DNA of 63,180 nt, filler included, from Kipferlia bialata (lineage: Eukaryota), in NCBI GenBank assembly GCA_003568945.1. It is 6 parts of 6 records of this genome, joined end to end, with 100 filler letters (N's around TTAATTAATTAA, not from the genome) between each part and the next. Parts side by side here need not be neighbours in the genome. Positions count along the whole stretch, not along the records: positions 15,342 to 30,575 come from BDIP01000724.1; positions 30,676 to 35,486 come from BDIP01000725.1; positions 35,587 to 50,810 come from BDIP01000726.1; 3 more parts are not named here. One strand, 5' to 3'. Positions within the stretch are counted from its first letter, which is position 1; each line of letters begins with the position of its first letter. Under the pieces are notes generated by a model that did not search any database, was not told where the DNA came from, and was given only the letters and a program-made list of their open reading frames with translations. Of the stretch, positions 22,165 to 36,795 are shown piece after piece. Both the position numbers and the translations under genes were made by a program.

Positions 22165-24934
22165 CTACCGTCTCCGTGTGGATGCCTTCTTGATGGTCCT
22201 CCTCTTCTCCCTGTCACCCTTCTTGGGGGGTCTAGCTAGGGGGTTAGGGTGATATATACAATATCAACATACACAAATTGATGGCTAGGAGGTTAGAGAG
22301 GTATATAAAATCATAACAAAATACATACATATATACACAGACACCAGTCATAGATATATTGTAATATATAGTATGAAATGTGTGGTCACACTTCTTGGGG
22401 GGTCTGGCTAGGGGGTAAGATATGTAGTATGTAGTATATAGTATACAACAAGTATAATACTAAACAATACTAATACATATAGATATTTACCTGATGCTGC
22501 CCTGGCATTAGAGCCCACTACTATATTAACTAATATATTATAATATATGAATCAAAAAAATGTATAATTGATTAATATAATTAATATAATTAATACTAAT
22601 ATATATATATACCTGATGATGCCCTGGCACCAGAGCCCCTATAATGTAACTATCACATTAGGTGAACAAATATATATGTCTTATCAATTATATTTAATAT
22701 AGTGGTCCATTCATAAGAATAAGTATTACCTGATGATATATATGTGTAGTAATGTACTGTGATTATATAGTTATTAATTTACCTGACGATGCCCTGGCAC
22801 TAGAGCCCCTAGTGCTACGTCCACTGGGACGCTCTGGAGTCAGTAAGATAAATATAGTACTCATATACAATGATATCACTAGAATGAGTGTGGACATGTG
22901 AAGATAATAGAGGATTAGTACCCATAGCTTACCTCCACTGAGACGCTCTGGAGTCAGTTAGACAGAGAAAATATGAAACTCTTACTGTCGTACAAATAGT
23001 AATGTATAATACTAGGCCATAATACTAATCGTTCAATGGTTGTATAATAATTGATTTATACTTGATGATAAATGAACCCTCACCTGATGATATGGGTGTT
23101 GGCCCCCTAATGGGCTCAGGGGATGGAGACAGAGGTGAGATTGGCCTTCTCTGCCGCATGGAGGAGTCTAGTTCATTCATGGTCCTATGATTAGAACTTA
23201 ATTATGCTAAACTAGTACAACTGCACGGTTCTATATTAATACTGTACCATAAACACATTATTACGTACAACAAACAACACAATTATACATATCATAATAA
23301 CACACCTCTGCAGCTTCTTGATGAAAACTCTCTCTCTCTCTCTACACTCTCATATTCCTCATATATATATATATATGTATGTATATATAACATACACACC
23401 TCTGCAGCTCCTTGATGACAGTCTGGTTAGGAGACCAATAGTTTCTAATACAATTGTTATATGTATATATATATATATATGTATATATATATAGTAGTAC
23501 CATAATATAGATAATACATATATGTATATATAGTACCTCTGCAGCTCCTTGATGACAATCTGGTTAGGAGACCGAAGCTCCCTCAGTCTCTGGGTCTCTG
23601 AGCCCATGTCTCTACCCCTCAGAGAGTCTCTCTCCCTCTGGGAACGGAGCTGACATGAGACTATATAAAAATATGAATTAATAAATTTAGATATACATAT
23701 ATATATATCCCCCTTACAGAGTCTCTCTCCCTCTGGCTGCGAAGCTGAGTGGTGAGTAACAGGTGTAGAAACGATTGAGTAGTGAGAGAGAGAGAGAGAG
23801 AGATCTCCAGTGTGTCTGTCAAAGTGAGTGACAGGGGCAGAAGCTATATAACTATACACTCACACATATACATCCCTATATATATATATATGTGTGTGTG
23901 TGTATATATAAGATATATACTATCTATACCTCCGGTGTGTCTGTGAGAGTGAATAAAGGGTCTAGAGAGAGAGAGAGAGAGAGAGAGATACCTCCGGTGT
24001 GTCTGTGAGAGTGAGTGACAGTGGCAGACGAGCATCGGCCATCATCTTGGACCTAGGCCTAGAATAAGGGTGTAGAGGGGGAGAGAGTAGCAACTCCATC
24101 ATCTTGGACCTAGGCCTAGAATAAGGGGCTAGAAGGAGAGAATAAGGGTGTAGAGGGAGAGAGAGAAAATGCGAATGACAAATAGTTGATCTTCAATGGT
24201 GGTTTATGGAACTACTAATATGCAAGAGACAGAAACGGAGAGAGAGAGAGAGAGAGAGAAAAGTACCTGAGAGGGGGAGTCACGGCTCTCTCTCTGGCCC
24301 TCTGCTCCCTGCGCATCTTGCCTAGGATATTAGGGGTGTAGAGGGAGAGAGAAGGACCAAGAGAGTAGTAACAGAGAGGTACCTTTTCCCCCACCAATAC
24401 TACATATATGGATACTCACACTTTACAGGTGTTCTCTATGTAATCACGTAAATACTGTATACATAGTATATATAGTATACGTATAGTATATATACAGTAA
24501 TTTAGTACCACGTACCTGATGATAGTGCTCTCCCCTCCACCCCGGGTGACAGCTCAGCCACCAGACGCTCAGTGGCAGACATGTCTTCTGCATATTAGAG
24601 AGAGTATGTAAGAAGGGAGAGAGAGAGAGAGAGAGAGAAGTCAGCCACAAGGCGCTCGGGAGCAGACATATCCTCTGAAGAGTCAGAGAGATTTATGTAT
24701 ACTCATAGATATAGATAGAGATTCTTATACATATAGTGAGAGAGAGAGGTCAGCCACAAGGCGCTCAGTGGCAGACATATCCTCTATAGGGTTAGAGTGT
24801 ATCGGTATATGAAGACAGAGAGAGAGAGAGAAAGAAACAGGACACAAGGCGCTCGGCGGCAGAAATATCCTCTGAAGAGTCAGAGATATATAGAAAATAC
24901 ATGCAAGTATACCTGCCGTTCTGGCCATCCTGGC

Positions 24935-24968
<34 letters not shown>

Positions 24969-26666
24969 CCCCTCTATCTCTGTATAGTCTATATATGTTC
25001 GTACCTGCCGTTCTAGCCATCCTTGCTTCCTCTCTCTGGAGCAGTCTCTTCAGACCAGAGCTCTTGGCCTCACTGCCTGACATAAAGGGTGTAGAGGGAG
25101 AGAGACAATAAGGGTGTAGAGGGAGAGATGGTAATGAAACCAAAGAGAAAGATAGTTGATACCTCTGACTCTGTCCCCTAGACTGTTCACTCTCTCTCCC
25201 TGTCTGCCAGTGGTCTCTCTGGACATTAAGGATGTAGGGAGGGGGAGAAATACTAAAAGTGTAGGGAGAGAGAGACACTAAGGGTGTCGGGGGAGAGAAA
25301 GAGATACCAATATAGCTGTATAGACAGTGTATCATGCCTCAGCTCCCTGATGTCTCTGGTGGTCATAGACATATACTTTGATACACACACACATATATAT
25401 ATACAATTATACATAGACATATAGACATGTATACCTCAGCTCCCTGATGTCTCTGGTTGTCCTGTCAGCTGTCCTGACACGCTCCTGACAATAAGGGTGT
25501 AGAGAGAGAGAGAGAGAACAGTCTTGAACACTAATGAAGGGTGAAGAGAGGATGGAGAGAGAGAGATATGTCGCGGTAAAGTGGAATAGTCTCTCGCGTT
25601 ATCCATACCTCTCTCTCCTGTGCGAGCAGTCTGTTGACTCTCTCCATATTGGCGGTGGAAGCGTCCTGTCTATCTGCCAGATCGGCCTATAATAAGGGTC
25701 TAGAAGGGGAGAGAGAGAGAGAGAGATGACTGGCCACCATGGCAAACCGAAAACGGTAATAAAGTATATATGTAGTAGTATATATACATACATTTATCTT
25801 TTATATTTAGTATATATACATACATTGGTACATTGGTACAGGGGGCCAACTCCAGACTGGCAAACAGGACACTGCCACAATAGAATACTATTATATATAC
25901 ATATACTATTTGTATAGCGTATATGTATAGTGTAATAAGGGTCCAGAGGGGGAGAGAGAGAGAGATACCTCCAGACTGGCCACCCTGGCAAACAGGACAC
26001 GGTTGTGGTTGTCCTGCTCCTGGAGTGAGATATATATGAAAATGGTTAGTGGATATGCATAGAGAGAGAGAGAGAGATCAATACAAATATACATTATGGC
26101 ATATGTTTCCTATATCATGGTATATATATAGAGAGATCCTAGAAGGTGAGGGGCACTTATATATGAAGATAGTGTACATACAGAGAGAGAGAGATATTAG
26201 GTAGACAGATATTGAGAGAGTAGAAAGGGATAATGAATAGAGAAGATACCACATAGAGGATATGGTTACCTCGAGCATACGCTCTCTCTCCCTCTCCCTC
26301 TCCCTCTCAGCCTCGATAGCAACAAGGCGCATGGACTCACTAAGAGTCAGCAGAAGTCAAGAGAGAGTCACCAGAAGTCAATTAACTATATATATCAGGT
26401 TGTGGATTATTACCTCTCTGCTTCTCTCTCTCTTTCCCTCTGCTCTAGCCCCTTAATGAGGTCACGCTGGGTCTCAATGACAGTGTCCTGGCGTAAAAAG
26501 GGTGTAGAGAGAGAGAGAGAGAGACGCAGAGAAGAAGCCGAGACAGAAGGAAAGAGAAGGAAAGTGTACCTGAGCATATAGAGAGGGAGAGAGTGAGAGA
26601 GTGAGTAAGAAGGTTTACCTGGGCGTTCTGCCTCTCCACCACATTTACCAACAGCATACAACGGGT

Positions 26667-26702
<36 letters not shown>

Positions 26703-27383
26703 CAGACATGTAGTGTATGCAGTACACAGAGAGTGAGTAAGTAGGCACCTGGGCGTTCTGCCTCTCCACCACGTTGACCATGAGCTTCTCCATGCCTGTA
26801 TTAAGGGTGTAGAGGGAGAGAACTAAGGGTGTAGGGGGAGAGACACAAAGAGAAATNNNNNNNNNNNNNNNNNNNNNNNNNNNNNNNNNGGGGAGAGACA
26901 CAAAGAGAAATTGAGAGTGTTGACCATGAGCTTCTCCATGCCTGGTATTAAGGGTGTAGGGGAGCGAGAATGAAGGGTGTAGAGGAAGGGAATAATAGTA
27001 TTATATAAATATAGAATAATAGTAACCTGTAATAAGGGTGTAGAGGGAGAGAGAATTAAGGGTGTGGGGGGGGAGAGAGAATGAATAGTGAAGAGAAAGA
27101 TAATACTTGTAGAGTGCGAAGAGAGAGAAAAAAATGTGACGAGAGAATATAAGAGTGAAGAGGGAGAGAGACAGAAATAGTACTAATACCCCTTCGACCA
27201 GGTCTCTCAGACTTCAATTCTCTAGAAGGTATACATATACAAACATTAACTATATATATATATACTTGGATTCCTTCAAAGACAGTATTATTGTACAAGC
27301 AAATATATGAATACCTTCAACCAGACCTCTCAGGCGCTCAGTCTCCTGTCTGGAGGATCGGAGCTCACGCCTAGTGGTTAGAT

Positions 27384-27419
<36 letters not shown>

Positions 27420-27420
27420 G

Positions 27421-27453
<33 letters not shown>

Positions 27454-28070
27454 CTGTCTCCTGTCTGGAGGATCGGAGCTCACGCCTGAGGATTAACATG
27501 AGAATGAATGCAGTAAGTACACACCATGTATGAAAATGTAAATATATGAATACACCTTGTGTCCCCTCTCCCAACAAATCTCTCCCTCTCTCTCTCGATA
27601 TATATATGTATATGTATATGTATATGTATGTATTAGCTTATACAATAGTACCTTGTATCCTCTATCTCTCTCTCTCTCTCTCAATATATATGTATATGTA
27701 TGTATAAGTATATCAAATAGAACCTTGTGTCCTCTATCTCCTGTGCATTGCGCCTCTCCCCCTCTCTCCATGGGGTGTCAGTCAGAGTATCTGCATTGCC
27801 TGGTATTAAAGGTGCAGGAGGAGAGAATAGAGGGTGTAGAGAGAGAGAGTACATATAAACTCTCTCCAGGGGGTGTCAGTGAGGGTGTCTGCATTGCCTG
27901 GTATTAAGGGTGCAGAGGGAGAGAAAAAAGGGTCTAGAGAGAGAGAGCAGGAGCTCTGCCTTGTCACTCCCACAATTACACATATGCGGATATACAACAT
28001 AATGAATCACGTTGTGCTATACATATATATATATACCTGATATCCTGTGCTCTGCCTGGCCTATACTCTC

Positions 28071-28109
<39 letters not shown>

Positions 28110-28675
28110 ATATATATCTATACATATGTATATACCTGATATCCTGTGCTCTGCCTGGCCTATCCTCTCATCCATGGCAGCAAGGAGGGGGGTCACATCT
28201 CTGAGGTGTTAAGGGTATATTGCAATATCAATACATATACTACTCCTATATATATACATATATATATATCCTCTCATCCATGGCAGCAAGGAGGGGGGTG
28301 ACATCTCTGAAGATTAGATACATGTGTGTATATATACATAGAGAGTGTATAAATATAGTAAACAATATATACACCATTCCATACCTGATATTGTGCTGCT
28401 GTAGTGACTGTAGCACTCCACTCCCAATGGATGCAGTTATGCCATCCAAAAACAATAAAAGGGTGCAGTGTACATATATAAATATATATATATATGGTGT
28501 ACAGTACAATACAATGTATATATTATAGACTTTACCTTATATTGTGCTGCTGCAGCGATGCTAGCACTCCACTCCCAATGGATGCAGTCATGCCATCCAC
28601 CAGCTGGGAGTGTCTTTGGGAGAGGGCATTCAACTGGCCTAGGATCAGTTATACATATATATATATATATATATA

Positions 28676-28710
<35 letters not shown>

Positions 28711-29036
28711 AGTTATGCCATCCACCAGTTGGGAGTGTCTTTGGGAGAGGGCATTCAACTGGCCTGATATTAGTGGTGTAGCGGGAGAGAGAGAGAAAAT
28801 TTAGTGTCTGAGAGAGAGAGCATTGAGCTGGTCTGACGATACATGTGTAGAGAGACATACAGAATTAAGTACCTATTAGGTACTTGAGCACTACTTAATC
28901 ATTCCCTTTGACTTCTATGCACAATACCGATAATGGTGTGCTCATAAGTACATATACACACCCTTTAGCTCGTCTGTCCTTGTCACACAGGCCTCGGTAT
29001 ACAATTACCAATAATACAATACATCCATATATATCC

Positions 29037-29076
<40 letters not shown>

Positions 29077-30440
29077 TATATATATATATTCTTATGAGTA
29101 TACCCTTTAGCTCGTCTGTCCTTGTCACACAGGCCTCGGCCATGGTCTGCACAGACTGCACCCTTAATGTGAGACAAAAACAATAAAGGGTGCAGTACAT
29201 ATATATATATATATATACAATTACGCACATCACACTCGGTGGCCATGGTCTGCACAGACTGCACCCTTAATGTGAGAATCAATTATATATACAATACACA
29301 TATATATATATAATTATGCATATCACACTCGGTGGCCATGGTCTGCACAGACTGCACCCTTAATGTGAGAGGATAAATTATGCAATTCATTGTTCAATGA
29401 ATGTACAAACAATCAATTGTTCAATGAATGCTATGTATAGTACTGAGTACACATATTATGCCCCGACTACAATAGAGGCTAATAACTATCGTCTGTGTAT
29501 CCCCTCGTTGACTCAATGTGCAGTCCGAGCCCTGCTCTCTCTCTCTCTCTCTCTATCTATATACATATATATACATATGTATATATATATATACATATAT
29601 TTACCTATCGTCTGTGTATCCCCTCGTTGACTCAATGTGCAGTCTCAGCCCTGCCTCAGTGTCAGACATGGACGTCAGGGCATGCTGGGGGTTAGTACGC
29701 GAGATAGCGCAAATATATATATATAGAGAGAGAGAGAGAGGGAGAGAGAGAGATATATATCTTTGTGTCAGACATGAACGTCAGGGTATGTACATATTAG
29801 TACATTAATATACATATGTATTCTTAGACACTTACACACCTTGTTGTCTGCACTTCCTGCTTCAACACAGATATCTCATCAAAGTAGCTACATATTCATA
29901 CATACTTACAACCTAGCGGTATTATATATGTTACACTCACCATATATATGCATTATTTATTAATAATACCTTGTTATCAGCCACCTCCTGCTTGAGCACT
30001 GATATCTCATCCAGACAGGTGAAGAGAGTGTTATTGAACACCTATAGTACACTAGAGCATGTATGTATAATACAATCAACACCAACCTTGTTATCAGCCA
30101 CCTCCTGCTTGAGCACTGATATCTCATCCAGACAGGTGGTCTTGACCTTGATGCCCTCAGAGGAGATGGAGGACCTGTGTATTAGATATATATACTAAAA
30201 TTGCATAATAATACCCAGTACTACATATACATACTATGAATATACATTTATAATATATATATATAGGTTGTCTTGACCTTGATACCCTCGGAGGATAAGG
30301 AGGATCTAGATGTTAGTACATGATATATTAATCCAATAATTACACCCAGTACTATATATACTATGAAGGATTTTATAGAAACATGACTATATATGTATAG
30401 GTTGTCTTGACCTTGATGCCCTCGGAGGAGATGGAGGACC
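22165..30440 (-). CDS. Coiled-coil-rich hypothetical protein, many short exons, 5'-partial
   Basis: Phase-compatible exons such as SSISSEGIKVKTTCLDEISVLKQEVADNK|HALTSMSDTEAGLRLHIESTRGYTDDR|VQSVQTMAEACVTRTDELK, ...MEKLMVNVVERQNAQ..., ending KKASTRRR* (stop 22165-22167). Confidence 0.7.
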
Positions 30441-30575
30441 TGTTTATGAGATACGATATAGTATATATATAGACTGTACAATATTCCTACATACTTTACA
30501 AATACATATAATATATATATGGCTAGCACTGTCGCTGGCAAAGAGCAACCTGATTGTGGAGAGGAAATGGTCTGA

Positions 30576-30675
30576 NNNNNNNNNNNNNNNNNNNNNNNNN
30601 NNNNNNNNNNNNNNNNNNNTTAATTAATTAANNNNNNNNNNNNNNNNNNNNNNNNNNNNNNNNNNNNNNNNNNNN
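30576..30675. other. Artificial contig spacer
   Basis: N-TTAATTAATTAA-N. Confidence 0.98.
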
Positions 30676-30800
30676 TTATTTAAAACCCCCCTCTCTTTGC
30701 CCCCCCCCCCCCCCCCTTCCTCACTCCCAGTCTGCCCCTATTCTCTCTCTCCCTCTATCTACCTGCCCCTTATCTACCCCCCCCCTTTCCTCACTCTCAG

Positions 30801-31853
30801 TCTGCCCAGTGGACCACAGTGAAGAGGCCATTTAGGTTGCACCACCTTACGCCTGAGGGACAGTACGTGAATATGTACTGCTCCCCCCCCCTCCTCCCCT
30901 TGACCTCCAATTTATCGTCTCTCCCTCTCTCTCCCTTGACCCCCAGGCTTTCTGTCTTCTTCAAGACATCCATCCACATCATCCAGGCATGCACCCTGGC
31001 CCTGGCCAATACGGCACTAGCACAGAGGATAGGGTCGTTGCCCGGCATTAGGGAGGTATGCACTCTCTCAATGCTAGTCCCCTGTCTCTTCATATGTATC
31101 AATATATATGCTCTCTATATATCTCTATACGTCCATACCCGCCTCACCCCCTCAGGCCAAGACGGGTGCCCCAGATGGGGCAGGTTCTAGCTACCTTGCC
31201 CTCTCACCCCCTCCCTCTCTTCTGCTGAGGGAGATCACCAGGCAGACCCTCTCCCTCTTCCCCCCTGCCACCTGCCTGGTCACATGTAGGAGGGCATTCC
31301 CACTCCTGTGCGGCCCTGCGGCACAGGTTTGCGCATATATATGTGTAAGCATGTAGTGTGGAATGGTTGAGTGATTGTGATTGGATGTATCGCCATACCC
31401 CCCCCCCCTCACCCTCCAGGCCGACCCCCACCTGTGTCCCGTGTGTCTGGCATGTACCAGTGCCCCTGGTGAGGGGGAGAGAGAGAGGGGGGTACAGCAC
31501 GGGGTACAGGGGAAGAGAGCCGCCCCCCTGCTCTCCCAACACCTGGCAGTCACGTCCCTCTGCCGCACATTTAGGTATGTGCCAATCCCTCTGCCTTGCG
31601 GCACTAACCCTATGGATGAGACTCTGTATATATATCAGCATCCCCGTCTCCCCCTCCCCCTCTCCCCCTGTCTGACCCCTCTAGGGATGAGACTGTGTAC
31701 ATCAACCACTGTGCCAGGGAGTGTGACGCCCTGGTCCCAGATGCAGAGGGGAAGCAGAGAGAGAGGGGACCCGGCATCATGCAGGTGATGGTGCCTGTCA
31801 ACACACAGAGATACAGGTACTCACATGCTGATGTATGTATATAGACTTCCTCC

Positions 31854-31894
<41 letters not shown>

Positions 31895-34255
31895 TCTGAC
31901 CCCTTAGGATGGAGGCCGTGCCTGAGTGGGCTGCACAGCTAGGGTGTCTGGATGAGACAGGTGGGGGTGTATGTATATGTAGTATTCAGTAAATGCATGT
32001 ATATATGAGTTGTGACATCATGTGTCCTTCTCTTACCCATCAGGTGTTGACCAGTACCGCCAGATCACGCAGTCCATCCCCCTCCTTAGGATGCCCCCCC
32101 AGATCAGAGAGTCTCGGAAGAGCAACGCCCTCCCTGCTTTAACCCCTCTGTCCCTCCTTGACCCCCACCAGAGACAGGCCGTCAGGATGGCAGTCCCAGG
32201 GGCACAGGGATCACCAGACCACGTACGGTGTCTATAGTTAGTATATATATATATATATATATACATATGCTCCTATCCCCTCACCCCAGCTGAGTGTCGT
32301 TGTGCCTAGGTCCTGGCACCCAGGGACAGGCACCTGTCTGGACGTGTGTGGGTGTGTGACCCACCTCCCCTGCTGCATATCCCCCCCTGCCCTCCCCACC
32401 TCCTCCTCAGCTCTGCCCCAGGGTGAGTGACTGAGTATGCTATATGCCTATATACCTATATACCTATATACCTATACGTGTATGCATAGGTACTCTCTCA
32501 CACGTCAGGTGGCGTCGAGGGTCTACCTCTCATCGTGATAGCTGTGGCAGAGGTCGCCAATGCCCTAGGGACACCCTATGCCAGTAGGGCAGTCTATCCC
32601 CCATACCCCCAGAGCTTCCAGGTGGGTCATCACTGTTACTATCCATACCTACCGCGCTACCCTCTGTATATGTATATATATGAATATATTTGTATCTGAC
32701 CTAGGCACTACAGAGAGGCTCAGGTGGCCCTGGCACCCAACTCCAGCCCATCCGTCCCCCCCCTGTCCACCTGCACTTCTACCTGGGTCTCCACGGGTCA
32801 GACATCACGGCCTCACACTACATAGACGCCATAGAGACCACACTGGCCAGGAGCCCCCCCTCTGGGTCTCTGTGTCTGTTCCTGGAGGACAGGGACATTC
32901 TCAGAAGTAAGGCCATGAGGGCATATGTGGGGAGGGCAGCCGTCAAGTACAGGTGGGTACCATAGCTGATTGCCGTGTGTACTAAGATATCCTTTCCTTC
33001 GTTCGACTCTGTTCTGACCCGCAGACCCACCTCCCAGACCCCCCCTCCCCCTGGGACCTCTGGCATACACAGACGGTGGGCCAGGGCGCCCATCCTACCC
33101 ACCATGGCATGTTACGCACCTAGGGGGCACGGGAGAGAGCCCAGTGAGGCGAGGTCCGACAGCGTTATATTTATGTAGATTATCTTATCTCTTCCATACA
33201 TGAATCCCTCCCACCCCAGACACATACACTATTGTATTAGTATATATCTGATTCACCCTCCCACCCCAGGCATACCGTGGACCTGTGCATGTCCGAGCTG
33301 ATGCAGGGGGGTGTCTGTGGCATGGCACAGGCCATACGCGTGGCAAGGTGCATACCATATCAGTACACTACTCCCATACCTGATACTGATAGCCAGGTGC
33401 ATACCCTCAGTGGGGTATGTCTCCTCCAGCGACACCCCCCTCCACTTTGGTCTGGGTCTCAGAGAGGCCCTACCAGAGGCACCCCCAGGCACATCCATGG
33501 TGTTTGCAGACATCGTGCCGGCACAGGGTGCGTGATTTGATGTGTACTGCATACTGCTAGACTACTACTGGGGTGTGTCTCCACCTTGCATACACCCCCC
33601 CCCCCCTCACCCTCCAGACCGTGTAGACAGGCTGCACCTCTGTGTATGGCACTCCAGGATCCCACACATGCCAGGTACACTCCATACATATATAGACAGT
33701 CTCTTTATTTCATGTTAATCCTTTATGTTAGTTTATGTTAGCGCCTCCCCCATCTCAGGTCTCCGCCAAGAGCTAGTGCACCACGTCCCCATCTACCCCT
33801 TCCCGAGGGCCCTTGTGGTCAAGTCCCCTCTCCCTGTCCCTATCCAGTGGGGTCTGGCTGACTCCCACTCAATCACGGCCCTCCCCCTGATACAGCTCGA
33901 GGACCCCCCCTTTGTCATACCCAGTGGTATCCGTATACCGGTGGACAATGCCTTCCTGGACAGCCGGGTGCCTGGTATCGTGTGTCTGCTCAACCAGTTC
34001 TGTAGGGATCCCGAGACCCTGCAGGAGTGGCTGGGTCTGTTGAGAGGGAGGGTTGGGGGTGTCGAGGGAGTGCTGGGTGTGAGCAGCAACCTCCAAGAGG
34101 AGGGCGAGGCCGAGATTGAGCGTGCTAACTCCTGGTACCATGGGATAGGGGCAGGACATGCAGTAGAGGGTGGGGCAGCAGAGGAGGACCCTGACATGGT
34201 GGCAGACCCGATGGATGATGATGTACCCATGGACTATGGCATGGGCATGGACTGA
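30801..34255 (+). CDS. Hypothetical protein, multi-exon, 5'-partial
   Basis: GC-rich exons bounded by ctcac..ag / gt (e.g. LSVFFKTSIHIIQACTLALANTALAQRIGSLPGIRE). Long terminal exon ending ...DVPMDYGMGMD*. No family recognised. Confidence 0.65.
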
Positions 34256-35148
34256 GCATGGCTATCTCACCCACCCGCGGAGATTGGTGGAGTGCGGGAT
34301 AGTCTCTCTGCCCCGTCTGCCCACAGTCCCTATGGCTTGGGCATGATTTGAAGGGAGGGGAGCATGCCAACAAGTCCCACCCTCAGTAGGACCACCCCAG
34401 GCATCCCCTCTTCCGGAGTCTCCCCCAGCCACGTATGCATCCTCCCCGTCGGATAGTACCGACGGCTAGTGTCTCTTTGAAGAGCACACTCTTATGGCAT
34501 GTATATGTGTCCATGGCACCATGCGGACGCGGAGTCCCCCAGGAGAGGTTGGGCTCCTACCAGTTGTGTTCTCGATCGGATGTAGTAGGTCGTTCGTCGA
34601 CTGGCACAGTATCGAGCTACTTGTAGGTTCTGTGTATCATACTTGGAATACACAGTGTTGTTGAAGCTTATGGCCTATTTTCGTTTGAGCATGATAAGTG
34701 TCTTTCTGACGTTGCGGAGATTTAGCATACAGCGCTGCCTCCACATGAACTCTGTTTTGTATGTAACCATGTCATATACCATATCGGAGATTAGTAGAGC
34801 AGGGGTATCAGTAACCTGAGTGTAATGGACAACTATACACCTTGAATGACCCCATTCTTCTTGAATATATATTATGTATGTGCAATCTCCATCATTGATA
34901 ATGGTGGTATGCCAAAAGGGAATAGAATACTCCCTGTTCATCCGTAATAGCAAATTGCTGATCCACCGTGACTAACTATTGGTACGTAGTGTGTATGTCT
35001 TTACAACTAACTCTGAGAGAGAGAGATGATATACTCGAGAACAACTACGTCCTCGTTCTGTCCCCAACCTCTCTGTAATTCCGAAACAACCACGGTGGCC
35101 ATGACAACAGGTAGACTGGACACATTGAAACTATCAACGCATTGTATC

Positions 35149-35486
35149 TCAATACACACACCCCTTGTGGGCGATGGTGGGTCCGTGCTCCTCGTACTCC
35201 TCCTTGGTGATCCACATCTGCTTGAAGGTGTCGAGGGAGGAGATGATGGATCCTCCAATCCAGACAGAGTTCTTCCTCTCACGGGGAGCGATGATCCTGA
35301 GCCGCATACCAAGGGGAGCAAGTATCTCCATCTGCTTGTGCATACGCTCGGGAAGTCCAGTGAACATGGTGGATCCTCCAGAGAGCACTATATTGAGGTA
35401 GAGGTCTGGACGTAGACCGATATCACACCTTTGGATGGAGTGGAAGGTGGTCATGTCGATTCCCTCAGCCTCGTATCCGTACATCT
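35149..35486 (-). CDS. Divergent actin or actin-related protein, C-terminal part (5'-partial)
   Basis: [26 protein letters not shown]...[39 protein letters not shown] is the actin C-terminal signature. Confidence 0.92.
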
Positions 35487-35586
35487 NNNNNNNNNNNNNN
35501 NNNNNNNNNNNNNNNNNNNNNNNNNNNNNNTTAATTAATTAANNNNNNNNNNNNNNNNNNNNNNNNNNNNNNNNNNNNNNNNNNNN
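35487..35586. other. Artificial contig spacer
   Basis: N-TTAATTAATTAA-N. Confidence 0.98.
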
Positions 35587-35642
35587 GGTCGCAGGTCGCA
35601 AGTCGCAAGATTTTGAAAAAGTCGCACATTTCCCAACCTTAC
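35587..35642 (-). mobile_element. Possible DNA-transposon terminus at contig edge
   Basis: Four copies of gtcgca next to ttcccaacctta. The reverse strand reads taaggttgggaaatg followed by tgcgac subterminal-like repeats. Confidence 0.3.
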
Positions 35643-36096
35643 TTGCACGGGCGGCACTCTTAATGGAGATCAGTTGACAGTACAGTCGGGCTACTCAGTG
35701 GTTTGGGTAGGTTCTGGAGTATTTGGACAGGGAGAGGAGGACCGGGTTGTAATTGATTTTGGTCTCTCTGGAGGGAGTTTTAGCATGGAGTGGGACACCA
35801 ATAGTGACCACCTAGCTGGAACTGGATTTGAGTGTTCTTACGGGTTGACATAGTTACTAGTCAATAGTAGTACCTTCCCAAGGTATACTCTAGTGTGTAT
35901 GTGTGTGTATGTGTGCGTAATACTGAAATAGATTGCATGTGTAAAGGTAGTCTATTACGGTCTGCACATACAATCTTGCTGGACATAGAACAATAACAAT
36001 GGAACAAATATGACGGATACAACAATTAGTCACAGCATTGGAATGACAGACACCTGGCCACCCTGGTTAACTCTCTCTCTCTCTCCCTCCCTCTCT

Positions 36097-36738
36097 CTAG
36101 TCACCCCTATCCCTGTCCCTCACTGTGACTGGCACTGGCTTAGAGAACAGACCAGTCTCGGCATCGTGGTTGAAACAGGACTGGCAGACTCTGACCTTGG
36201 TCCTTGAGGATTAGGGAGAGAGAGAGGAAGATATATACATATATTATATGACACACCTCTCGAACCGTGGCACGTCCACCTTCTTGACCGAGCATGCATC
36301 ACACATCACTCGGCCACAGTGTCTACAGTGGTGGCGCCTGGGTAAGATATGGTGGTATAGCACAAGTGTAGTACATAATATATATATATACATACATATA
36401 GTATACACACCATACCTGCTCTTTGCGTTGAACAGTCCGTGGCACAGCATGCACAAATCATATATCTAGTCTACAGAATATGTACATATATATATATATA
36501 TATATATTTATACATATACAGTAAACTACATACCTGCTCTTTGCGTTGAACAGTCCGTGGCACAGCATGTCCAAATCATTCATCTAGTCTACAGTATAGT
36601 ATAGTATATACATATATGAGTATGTATACATACACAGTATATATACTATAATAATATAATGTAATATATATACTATACCTGCTCTTTGCGTTGAACAGTC
36701 CGTGGCATAGCATGCACAGAGAGGCATCCTTGTCCTGG

Positions 36739-36795
<57 letters not shown>

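Noticed and set aside
26833..26912. ggggagagacacaaagagaaat repeated across an internal N gap
   Set aside because: Probably a scaffolding overlap artefact.
23359..30541. Many ORF-track entries rich in YIYI, SLSL or RERE
   Set aside because: Translations of intronic (AT)n/(CT)n microsatellites, not genes.
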